Shown here one piece after another: positions 30,917 through 39,104 of a DNA stretch of 64,000 nucleotides. Numbering within the stretch: position 1 is the first letter of the stretch; the number at the start of each line of letters is the position of its first letter. The DNA comes from a virus, in the IMG/VR virus record IMGVR_UViG_3300009130_000002; one strand, given 5' to 3'. A program made the position numbers and the translations under genes. The notes under the pieces are model-generated. The model was not told the origin of the DNA. It worked only from the letters and a program-made list of their open reading frames with translations, and ran no database searches.

Positions 30917-33730
30917 ATGGCAATAGCGATAGCTGATAATTATGTGTGCCTTATAAATTGGCCTCTTGATTCTAGAAATAAAGTGCTCAGTATTGATGAA
31001 ATGAAAACAATGACCTCGCCATTTGATGGGGTAATTACATTTCTCAATACAAATGATGCTAATAGGGGTCTTTATTATCTTGAAGATGCGAACCAGATTG
31101 ATGGTGACGGTATGGACGATGCGACATATCTTGACAGTGTCTGGAAACCGGTAGGATCGGGTGGAGGTGGAGGTGGTAGCGCAAATATCAATAGCGCTCC
31201 CGATGGTTCTTTTGGTTGGTATTCATCTACTGGAACTACAATTAGTGGGCTAGACAAAGAAGCTATGCAGGTCATGGGTGGTTCAGGAAATAACTACATA
31301 AAGATAGGCTATGCTGAAGATGAACTCGCTTTGGATGTTGAAGGTCGCATACAGTTAACGGTCGCAGAAGAAGGCAATCTTGAAGTATTCGGCGTCTACG
31401 ATGGTGACGATAGAAAAGTAATGAAGGTCAAAGGAAACTGCATTGAATTGCATGACTTTCCAGTAGGAGGAGCAGGAAGCATCAAGTGGTATGATGGAAG
31501 TGCAACTCCAGAAACAATCACCTTAACAGCTAGACCAAACTTTGCAAGCTATACATTGACTCTCCCTCCTTTAGGTCCAGCTCAGGGAGAGTACCTAATG
31601 GCTGGGGCAGGAGGAAACCTCGCTTGGGGAACTCCTACGGGATCAGGGAGTGTAACTAATTCTGCTGATGCAAAGCCAATTGCTTACTATGCAAACGCAG
31701 GGGATGTTGTTAGTCCTACAGATGCAGATGCGCTAACAGTAGATGCTGGCGGAAAAGAACTTGTTGTTCGTAAAGATGGGAAGGTCATGTTCATGGATGA
31801 GGCTCATCTTACTGCAACCATGATGACTGGTGATGGAACAGGTAAAATGGGGGTTCTGTTTAAGAACACAGGAACTAACCCAAGCTACTTAGATATTGAA
31901 AAGCTTTCTGGTCCAGATGTCTGCATGAGAATAGAACCAAATGAAACCTTTGTTGGGGACTCAACTAATCCTGCACTACAAATCGGAACAGGTGGTCTAC
32001 AGTTTTATACAGAGGATGCAGCAGACGGCGTACACACCAAGGCAGTTATCAGAAATAACCTAACAGGAACTGGAGATTATTTGGTTCTTGAAGGCACTAA
32101 GAGTGGCGGAGGAGCTATCAAGCCAGAGCTGGTAAAAATTGGCCAAGGAGCGTTGGAAATTTTTGGTAATCTAAGGGTTGAAGACACAGTAACAGGTACT
32201 GGACCTTCTGGATATCTAGAGTTGGGTTCAGATATAGATATGAATCTAAACAGTATTCATAATGTTTCAATTGCACAAATCGCAATAATCAATGGCTTGA
32301 ATACAGTTAATTCCCTTGATGGAGATATCCACTTTATAGATACAGATGTAGTTATCCAAGGTGGCAGTAATCAAAATGGAGATCTCACTGTTGCAGGAAA
32401 CCTGGATGTAGGTGGCACGGCAGAACTAGACGGTTTAGATGTGGATGGTAATGCAGAGTTCGGATTTTATGATGGTAATTATAATCCTGTAGGAACTGAT
32501 ACAACCTTTCTTGTGTATGGTGGCCCACATACTGAACCTAACTTAAGTTCAAGAATTCATGGACCACGAGTGAGAGGTTCAAATTATTCTCGTTTAACGA
32601 TTGAATGCAGGGATCCTATTAACGAAAAATTATGGCACGAAAGCAATCCTCATCCAGATATGACAGATTATACTGGGGGTGAATGGATAAGTACCAGTGG
32701 CAGCACTGCTCTTCCTTGGGGAGATGGTGGTACTGGAGAAATGAGTCCAGTAAGTGGTCCTGTCTTGTCTTTCGATAGTTGGCAATATGGTCCTGGCGGT
32801 GATGCCGGTATGCCTTATCCAGTAGAACGTTACTTTATAAGAGATACTGTTGCGAACTTCCCCTGGTATACATTCCACGCTGGAACAGCAGATCAGTATG
32901 ATGTTCCAGGTCAAGCTACCTTACGGTGGTCAACCAATAATACAGGACTGCGTATATGGCCAGACTGGATACAGGTGGGAGATGAGATTCGTGTAGCTCC
33001 TGGTGGTGAAGGGTTCTTAGATACCAATGGCACAACTTATGAATGGGCAACTGTTCTTGACGTTGATAATGTCAATAAGCTAATTAAACTGGATAGGGAT
33101 ACTGTATATGCTAGTCCAGCAACACAAGAGTTAAAAGTCAGTCCAAAAAGAAAAGATATCACTAGCTGGGAGATCTATAAACAAAGTAGCCCCGTAAATA
33201 TGCATAGTGGAGCTGGTAAAGCTTACACTGCTGATATCTGCAATCTTGATGAGTTTGAAACCCTCAATTTCAGACCCATTATGAGAGTGTATACTAACGA
33301 ACAAATTGATGAGCCAGATGGTAACTTACCACCTGCAGGAATTTACACTAGCGTACCGGTTCCTACGGATGTCGCTTTTCGTATTCGATCTGATGGGAAA
33401 GTAGAAGCTAAAACAACTTATTTAACAGGTTCCTCCAGGAATATAAAACAAAATATTGAAAACCTATCAGAAGAAAAATCTAGTTTAATATTAGAGGGAT
33501 TACAACCAGTAACATTTGAATATAAAACAAGTCCTGGTGAATCTCGTATAGGTTTTATTGCAGAAGATGTTCCAGAATATGTTGCTGAAAAAAATAGAAA
33601 ATCAATTTCAACATTAGACATTGTTGCAGCAATAACTGGAGCCCTTAAATCACAAAGTGAAAAGGTAAAAACCCTTGAAAAAGAAATTGAAGATATGAAA
33701 CAACTATTACAAAACTCAGGAGTAATTTAG
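30917..33730 (+). CDS. Tail fibre/spike with C-terminal Peptidase S74 intramolecular chaperone
   Basis: GSSRNIKQNIENL (Ser 33431/33434, Lys 33446), LQPVTFEYK, IGFIAEDVP and a terminal coiled coil make up the canonical S74 autocleaving chaperone. Confidence 0.85.
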   Translation: MAIAIADNYVCLINWPLDSRNKVLSIDEMKTMTSPFDGVITFLNTNDANRGLYYLEDANQIDGDGMDDATYLDSVWKPVGSGGGGGGSANINSAPDGSFGWYSSTGTTISGLDKEAMQVMGGSGNNYIKIGYAEDELALDVEGRIQLTVAEEGNLEVFGVYDGDDRKVMKVKGNCIELHDFPVGGAGSIKWYDGSATPETITLTARPNFASYTLTLPPLGPAQGEYLMAGAGGNLAWGTPTGSGSVTNSADAKPIAYYANAGDVVSPTDADALTVDAGGKELVVRKDGKVMFMDEAHLTATMMTGDGTGKMGVLFKNTGTNPSYLDIEKLSGPDVCMRIEPNETFVGDSTNPALQIGTGGLQFYTEDAADGVHTKAVIRNNLTGTGDYLVLEGTKSGGGAIKPELVKIGQGALEIFGNLRVEDTVTGTGPSGYLELGSDIDMNLNSIHNVSIAQIAIINGLNTVNSLDGDIHFIDTDVVIQGGSNQNGDLTVAGNLDVGGTAELDGLDVDGNAEFGFYDGNYNPVGTDTTFLVYGGPHTEPNLSSRIHGPRVRGSNYSRLTIECRDPINEKLWHESNPHPDMTDYTGGEWISTSGSTALPWGDGGTGEMSPVSGPVLSFDSWQYGPGGDAGMPYPVERYFIRDTVANFPWYTFHAGTADQYDVPGQATLRWSTNNTGLRIWPDWIQVGDEIRVAPGGEGFLDTNGTTYEWATVLDVDNVNKLIKLDRDTVYASPATQELKVSPKRKDITSWEIYKQSSPVNMHSGAGKAYTADICNLDEFETLNFRPIMRVYTNEQIDEPDGNLPPAGIYTSVPVPTDVAFRIRSDGKVEAKTTYLTGSSRNIKQNIENLSEEKSSLILEGLQPVTFEYKTSPGESRIGFIAEDVPEYVAEKNRKSISTLDIVAAITGALKSQSEKVKTLEKEIEDMKQLLQNSGVI

Positions 33731-33734
33731 TGAA

Positions 33735-34139
33735 ATGGCAAACATAGTTAAAAAGGTAGATCGAGGAGTCGCAACGGCTCAACGCACACAAAACTTCACT
33801 CAAGCAGATATAACTGGAGATGGAGATATACTCAAGATTCAAGAATCCTTAGGGAAAATGGCAACACATATTGTAATTGAAGTTCCAGGTGGTGGAGGCA
33901 GCATGACTGTTAGGTTTAATGTTATCAGAACAATCTACCCGAACAGAACAAAAGAAGAATATGATTGCCTATATCCAGAAATGTATAAGAATCTTGCCTT
34001 GGGGCAAGAAGTAGAAGATACTACTGGAGCATTGGTTACAATTGGTGCTGGTGAAACATTCGAGCTTGACAATGATCTACCTGTCAAAGATATTAAGATC
34101 GTATCTGCATCTACCAATTTCGATATTTTCGTATGTTAA
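33735..34139 (+). CDS. Hypothetical protein (134 aa, beta-rich)
   Basis: ATG 4 nt after the fibre-gene stop and codon style matches neighbours. No family recognised. Confidence 0.6.
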   Translation: MANIVKKVDRGVATAQRTQNFTQADITGDGDILKIQESLGKMATHIVIEVPGGGGSMTVRFNVIRTIYPNRTKEEYDCLYPEMYKNLALGQEVEDTTGALVTIGAGETFELDNDLPVKDIKIVSASTNFDIFVC

Positions 34140-34149
34140 GGAGTGTCTT

Positions 34150-34488
34150 ATGGCTAGAAAAAATAAACAAGCCAGTATTTCATTAGAAATAGATGGTGAA
34201 CAACTAGAAAAAATTGCAGAAAAAATGGCAATTACTATAGGTAAAGAACTAGCCAAGGCCCTATCTGGAGGAGTTTCAGTAAGTACAAAAAGTACTGGAT
34301 TTAAGTCTTCTGGTCAGATACAAGATATTGGTGGGGTAAGTATTGATGAATCAATCATCCCAATGAAAGTAGAAGCAACCCTAAGCTCAACAAGCAAAGA
34401 GCTGGGCAAAGAAGAGAAATCAGAAGACAAAGGTTTATCTGATTCTAAGAAAAAATTAGCAAACCTATTTAAGAAAAAAGGAGAGTAA
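34150..34488 (+). CDS. Small Lys/Ser-rich protein with basic C-terminal helix, directly upstream of the actin-like gene
   Basis: SD AAGGAG at 34138-34143 supports ATG 34150 rather than the track start 34042. Ends KKKLANLFKKKGE; stop is 3 nt before the actin-like ATG. Confidence 0.65.
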   Translation: MARKNKQASISLEIDGEQLEKIAEKMAITIGKELAKALSGGVSVSTKSTGFKSSGQIQDIGGVSIDESIIPMKVEATLSSTSKELGKEEKSEDKGLSDSKKKLANLFKKKGE

Positions 34489-34491
34489 GAA

Positions 34492-35490
34492 ATGCCCAAA
34501 GGCCTTGATGTGGGAACTTCTTTTCTAATCACTGCAGAGGAAACTCTAGAAGGAGTATCCTACAAAGAGATGCGTGATGCATTTTACAGAATGAAACCAG
34601 CAACAAAAATTGCTGCCAAGATGATGGAAAGAGGATTACAGAACCTTACCTACCTAAAAGACGTTGACGGGTCCTATGTTGTCGTAGGAGCTGATGCAAT
34701 TGCCAAAGCAATAGAAAGACACCAATCCGCACAGCGGCCCCTATACAGGGGTGTTATTAGCCCCAGAGAGCCTGATGCTCGAAGGGTGCTTAAGTTTATT
34801 TTAGCCGAGCTTGTCGGTAAACCACAAACCCAAGGAGATACCCTTGTTTACTCAATTCCTGCTGAACCTGTTGATCAATCTGACGAAGACTTTAATACCG
34901 GATACCACGAAGATGTACTTAGAAAGGATCTTGGTGAACTTGGTTGGGATGCTAGAGCACTCAATGAAGCGGAGGCTATCTGCTATTCTGAGTTAGAAAA
35001 TGAAGACTATACTGGAATCTGTATGTCCTTTGGAGCGGGTATGGTTAATGTATGTGTTATGTCTTCTGGAGAACCAGTAATCAAGTTCTCTACTACAAAA
35101 TCAGGAGACTGGGTAGACAGAATGGCAGCCCAATCCACTGGACAGCCAGATAGTATTGTTCAAGTTGAAAAAGAAGAAGGTGATTTCACTGTAGGAGAAG
35201 AGTCAGAGAATCCAATCTTGTCTGCAGTAAGTTCTTATTATGTAAGACTTATTGATTACACTACACAACACCTGGCATTACGGCTTTCAAATAGCAATGA
35301 CCTTCCTAAATTCCAGGGACCTATCCCTGTGGTGGTAAGTGGAGGAACTAGTAGAGCAGGCGGATTCGTAGAAGCATTCCGCAAGAGGATGTCTCAAGCT
35401 GATTTTCCTTTAGAAATCAGTGAAGTACGTCATGCAACAGACCCCTTAAGAGCTGTTGCTAGGGGCTGCCTACTCGCAAGTATCTTGTAG
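34492..35490 (+). CDS. Actin-fold ATPase (MreB/MamK/ParM superfamily)
   Basis: All five actin-fold motifs in order: phosphate-1 GLDVGTS, connect-1 LNEAEA, phosphate-2 region MSFGAGMVNV, adenosine VVSGGTS, connect-2 DPLRAVARG. 332 aa with no extra domains. Confidence 0.88.
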   Translation: MPKGLDVGTSFLITAEETLEGVSYKEMRDAFYRMKPATKIAAKMMERGLQNLTYLKDVDGSYVVVGADAIAKAIERHQSAQRPLYRGVISPREPDARRVLKFILAELVGKPQTQGDTLVYSIPAEPVDQSDEDFNTGYHEDVLRKDLGELGWDARALNEAEAICYSELENEDYTGICMSFGAGMVNVCVMSSGEPVIKFSTTKSGDWVDRMAAQSTGQPDSIVQVEKEEGDFTVGEESENPILSAVSSYYVRLIDYTTQHLALRLSNSNDLPKFQGPIPVVVSGGTSRAGGFVEAFRKRMSQADFPLEISEVRHATDPLRAVARGCLLASIL

Positions 35491-35492
35491 TA

Positions 35493-35501
35493 TGCTATAC
35501 T
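35493..35501 (+). promoter_or_regulatory. Extended -10 promoter-like element (TGcTATACT)
   Basis: TG-n-TATACT ends 6 nt before ATG 35508. No SD upstream of that ATG and no good -35. Confidence 0.4.
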
Positions 35502-35507
35502 ATTCGA

Positions 35508-35735
35508 ATGGGGAATTCGAATAACACTTCAATAGATAGATTGGACGGGCTCAAGCTCGTTTATGACCTTCAAAAAAATGAGGAAGAAGTCTCATCCGTT
35601 AAGCTGATGAAGATAAAGTCCTATATACTTGATTGGTTAGAAAAGCAGGAATATATTTCTTGGAATGAGAATAAAACAAAAGCTTCTATAACTGATAAGG
35701 GGATAGGGTATCTTGCTGAACGAAAATGGATTTAA
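35508..35735 (+). CDS. Small protein, possible winged-helix fragment
   Basis: ILDWLEKQEYISW...ASITDKGIGYL resembles the recognition helix/wing L-x-x-x-G/E-Y-I...I-T-x-K-G of wHTH proteins. Confidence 0.45.
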   Translation: MGNSNNTSIDRLDGLKLVYDLQKNEEEVSSVKLMKIKSYILDWLEKQEYISWNENKTKASITDKGIGYLAERKWI

Positions 35736-36088
35736 TATGGCTTAGCTAAACCTTCGTTGATCATTAAGCTATTTACACAGATCCAATCTGGGCTTGTAGT
35801 ATAGATCTCTCCAAGGTAGCGTCCGTATTTTCCTTTCTTATCTTTGACTGTCTCAAGAGCAATCTCTTTTCCAAGGACTAGTTCCTCTAGCCTATTTTTT
35901 GCCTTCATACCTGCCTTGTATTCCTCTGAGTCTTTTTTAACTCCATAGGTTTCAGGAGTATTTATCCTGGCGAGACGTATTCTTTCTTTCACAAAGACAT
36001 TCATCCCTAGATCAATCTCTAGGTCTACTGTGTCTCCATCTACTACTCTAACTACAGTAGCTTTATATAGGTAATAGTTCCTCTGCAT
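35732..36088 (-). CDS. Thermonuclease (SNase-like) family nuclease
   Basis: VVRVVDGDTVD, RIRLARINTPET, KYGRYLGEIY, VNSLMINEGLAKPY are SNase motifs. Start placed at ATG 36088 (MQRNYY), 13 nt after the upstream stop, rather than the overlapping track start 36145. Confidence 0.9.
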   Translation of the reverse strand: MQRNYYLYKATVVRVVDGDTVDLEIDLGMNVFVKERIRLARINTPETYGVKKDSEEYKAGMKAKNRLEELVLGKEIALETVKDKKGKYGRYLGEIYTTSPDWICVNSLMINEGLAKPY

Positions 36089-36101
36089 TTGCTTTCTCTT
36101 T

Positions 36102-37961
36102 CTACCTGCAAATATCAGTGAACATATCTTTGAGCATATCGACATAGGAACTCACATCATTTACAAGAATATTTTTTATTTTATTTGGATCAGACTCCAC
36201 TACAGGCAACCACATTTGTGTAAAGATAGGCTTTGTAATGACAAAGAATTCATATATATCACCGGCAGTGCAGTCACCAACTGTACAATGATTTGAATAT
36301 AGTGCAACATCTGATGGGCTTACGTTGGTCATTGTTTGTCCAACCTCATCTGTCATTAATATAATGTATGGATGAGCATCTTCTCTCCAATTGATCCCTA
36401 TTGGATCTTCAGGCATACAAGCCATATATGAAATATCATATGTGTACTCATAAGATCCTCCATTTGCTTGCAATCCACCAAGAATACCAGTTAGTTGATT
36501 TACATCTACTAGCATATTCCCAGGGACTCCAGTTCTTATCTCATAGGTATTACTGCCAGCGTATCCTACACTTGTTGTAATTAAACCAAACTTATGTTCA
36601 GTGCCTTGAAAATCAGAGACATACAGCCCCAATGCATGCGATAAAGCATCAATATAACTCTGCATAGAGCCAGAGATATCAACAACAAATATTATATCAA
36701 CCTTGTCATGTGGATCTAGTTCCTCATCAACTAAGCCGTCACAGTCATTATCGAGACCATCACAGAATTCCTGTTCAGGATGGACCTCACCAATACATTC
36801 AGAGTAGATACCCATTTCACATTCAGTTTGCCCAGCCCTGCATTCTCCAATACCAACTAGCTCTGGATTATCTGAACAGGGAAGAACGATTCCATCTATC
36901 TCTCCATCGCAATCATCATCCCATGCATTGCAAACTTCTGGTAAGGTTCTAACAAAAAAACAATCTCCATACTCTCCATATATATCGCAGTATTGTATCC
37001 CTTCCCCACAGGGATAGGGAGCACCCAGTTGTTCTCCTGTATTGATATCGAACATAGGACTTTCCACACAGATTTGCGTATCTCCAAAAGCGCATGGACA
37101 GCCTTCGTCTACTTCCCCATTGCAGTTATTGTCTACACCATCGCATAGTTCTTGACTTGGCTCTGGAGCTGTACAGTTATACCAATCTCCACTGTAGCAA
37201 ATCTCTATTCCCTGACCACATGCTGTCTCACATAATTGATATATGTTGTTATCCTTGATTCCATCACAATCATTATCAATATTGTCACATGTTTCTGCCT
37301 GAGGATATTCTGCTCCCACACAAGTCAGCTCACCATTAACACAATGGTTTTGTCCATAAGAACAAGCACCCCAATTGGTTTCTGGTCCACAAATGGTTGG
37401 AATAATATCTTCATCAATTAATTCGTTACAGTTATCGTCTATGCTATTGCATAGTTCGTCAGCTCCTGGATTGATATGTGGGTTGTTATCATCACAGTCT
37501 CCATCACAAACTGGATATTGATCATTATCAATATCAGCTTCATCTTGAGAAACATGACCGTCACAATCATTGTCTAGATTATCACATAGCTCTGGGGCTC
37601 CTGGATAAATGGTATTATTTCCATCATCACAATCCCCATTACAGGTAGTGAAGGTATCTTCGTCTAGATCATAACCATCATCAATTATCTCGTTACAGTC
37701 ATTGTCTATCCCGTCACAAATGTCTTCTGACGGACGTACAAATCCCTCACAAATAATTGAATTTTCTCCTGTACATTGTACTGTTCCGGTTTGACATGCC
37801 CCAATGTTGAGTGTAGTGTACTCGGGACTTTCAGGCTCAAGTAATTGAACTTGATCGTCAACAATTATGCAGGCCTTTGTAGATGGACAGTAATTTAGAA
37901 TGTCTTGATTGCTGCAGCTGATAAGAGAAATAGCAACAGCCAGGGAGAGCAATACCCTCAT
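36102..37961 (-). CDS. Lipoprotein with seven Cys/Asp-rich MopE-related repeats and C-terminal vWA domain
   Basis: Strong SD AGGAGG. Signal MRVLLSLAVAISLISC with lipobox. Seven E-x-C-[DN]-x-x-D-[DN]-[DN]-C repeats. MIDAS motif IIFVVDISGS at 36666-36680. Confidence 0.85.
   Translation of the reverse strand: MRVLLSLAVAISLISCSNQDILNYCPSTKACIIVDDQVQLLEPESPEYTTLNIGACQTGTVQCTGENSIICEGFVRPSEDICDGIDNDCNEIIDDGYDLDEDTFTTCNGDCDDGNNTIYPGAPELCDNLDNDCDGHVSQDEADIDNDQYPVCDGDCDDNNPHINPGADELCNSIDDNCNELIDEDIIPTICGPETNWGACSYGQNHCVNGELTCVGAEYPQAETCDNIDNDCDGIKDNNIYQLCETACGQGIEICYSGDWYNCTAPEPSQELCDGVDNNCNGEVDEGCPCAFGDTQICVESPMFDINTGEQLGAPYPCGEGIQYCDIYGEYGDCFFVRTLPEVCNAWDDDCDGEIDGIVLPCSDNPELVGIGECRAGQTECEMGIYSECIGEVHPEQEFCDGLDNDCDGLVDEELDPHDKVDIIFVVDISGSMQSYIDALSHALGLYVSDFQGTEHKFGLITTSVGYAGSNTYEIRTGVPGNMLVDVNQLTGILGGLQANGGSYEYTYDISYMACMPEDPIGINWREDAHPYIILMTDEVGQTMTNVSPSDVALYSNHCTVGDCTAGDIYEFFVITKPIFTQMWLPVVESDPNKIKNILVNDVSSYVDMLKDMFTDICR
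36720..37733 (-). repeat. Seven dispersed putative metal-binding (Cu-binding_MopE-like) peptide repeats
   Basis: EDICDGIDNDC, ELCDNLDNDC, ELCNSIDDNC, ETCDNIDNDC, ELCDGVDNNC, EVCNAWDDDC, EFCDGLDNDC. Confidence 0.85.
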
Positions 37962-37991
37962 ACCCTTTTCCTCCTGGTTGTGAAGAACTAA

Positions 37992-38702
37992 CTATTTGGC
38001 GATAGTCTTTTTAATAAATTCTCTTATCTCATCTACAGGGACTGCTAATGCAGTTTCATGAATGCCGAGGGGTTGTACAACAACCATCCCTACGACCTCA
38101 CCGTTTCTCAATACGGGAGAACCACTGTTTCCTGCTTCGATATTAACGGCTATAAAAATCATATCACTAAATTGCTGAAAACGATAGGCAAGAGAGGAAA
38201 TAATTCTCCCTTCTCTTCTTACTGGAAAGAATCCACGAGGTGCTCCAATGATTGTGACCTCATCTTCAGTAGATAATTCAGCTACTGACTCTGCAAGAGA
38301 CAATGGTTCCATTCCATGATCAATAGATTCTATAATACAAATATCGTTAGGTCTGTCATACCCAACAATTCTTGCAAGGATAGGGGTTCTGGGCATACCT
38401 CTTTTATCTGAACGAACAAGAAGAACCTTTTCACCAACTAATCCCTGAGCAAATAAAATAGAACTAGATTCGCAAAAATGACCAGCAGTTAATAAATGCC
38501 TTTCATCAATTGCAAAGCCTGTGGCAGTTCCACCACCATGACCTTTTTTCCCAGGAGTAGACTGAAGCAAAGCAACAGAGTTGTAAAACTTAGTCTTTAA
38601 TAAGCTATTGATTTTATTTGGAAACCTGCTACAAGAAATACAAGACACAGTTAGAGTTAGACCTAGTGAAACTAGTGCCAACAAGTTCTTCATTTTTATC
38701 AT
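37992..38702 (-). CDS. Trypsin-like serine protease, probable lipoprotein
   Basis: LLTAGHFC (His), NDICII (Asp), GNSGSP (Ser) catalytic triad. N-terminal KMKNLLALVSLGLTLTVSC lipoprotein-type signal; SD GGAGG at 38713-38717 on the minus strand. Confidence 0.88.
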   Translation of the reverse strand: MIKMKNLLALVSLGLTLTVSCISCSRFPNKINSLLKTKFYNSVALLQSTPGKKGHGGGTATGFAIDERHLLTAGHFCESSSILFAQGLVGEKVLLVRSDKRGMPRTPILARIVGYDRPNDICIIESIDHGMEPLSLAESVAELSTEDEVTIIGAPRGFFPVRREGRIISSLAYRFQQFSDMIFIAVNIEAGNSGSPVLRNGEVVGMVVVQPLGIHETALAVPVDEIREFIKKTIAK

Positions 38703-38730
38703 TGGTTGTTACCCTCCATACCCTATAGTT

Positions 38731-38758
38731 ATGATAACAGCTTAAATAGGTTTTTCAA
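38731..38758 (-). promoter_or_regulatory. Sigma70-like promoter for the minus-strand cassette
   Basis: Minus strand reads TTGAAA-16 nt-TATCAT with TG-n before the -10, upstream of the protease SD. Confidence 0.5.
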
Positions 38759-38768
38759 ATGAAGTGAA

Positions 38769-38796
38769 TTGAAGTATAAACTCCTCATGGTATACT
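38769..38796 (+). promoter_or_regulatory. Sigma70-like promoter for the rightward membrane/fibre genes
   Basis: TTGAAG (38769-38774)-16 nt-TATACT (38791-38796) with TG-n extension, followed by SD GGGGGAG and ATG 38822. Confidence 0.55.
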
Positions 38797-38821
38797 GCTA
38801 ATAGTTGGGGGAGTTGTACAC

Positions 38822-39103
38822 ATGAAAGAACCGGGGTATAAGTGGATGATAGGGCCGATGATTACGGTCACTATGTTAGTATGTGGATTAGCTACTAGTT
38901 GGGGAGTCACTAAGACTTCTTTAGATCAATTAAATACACAATTAGTAAAAGTAGAATTGAAAATAAATGAACATGAGGATAAGATTAGAGATATACAGAT
39001 ACAGCAAGCTGGGACAAACCAAGTCCTAAAGAGTATCCAAAATAGCTTAGAAGAAATAAAGGAAGATTTAAGAGTCTTACGTTCTCACACAAAGAGAAAG
39101 TGA
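38822..39103 (+). CDS. Small membrane-anchored coiled-coil protein (holin/XhlA-like architecture)
   Basis: One N-terminal hydrophobic helix (MITVTMLVCGLATSWGV), then a heptad coiled coil and a basic tail. Confidence 0.5.
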   Translation: MKEPGYKWMIGPMITVTMLVCGLATSWGVTKTSLDQLNTQLVKVELKINEHEDKIRDIQIQQAGTNQVLKSIQNSLEEIKEDLRVLRSHTKRK

Positions 39104-39104
39104 G

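Noticed and set aside
34042-34149. N-terminal extension of the 34150 gene given by the ORF track
   Set aside because: Overlaps the preceding gene by about 100 nt, and a strong AAGGAG SD supports ATG 34150.
35732-38821. Invertible segment or shufflon explaining the minus-strand cassette
   Set aside because: No flanking inverted repeats seen at either edge and no recombinase in the window. The cassette has its own promoter-like site.
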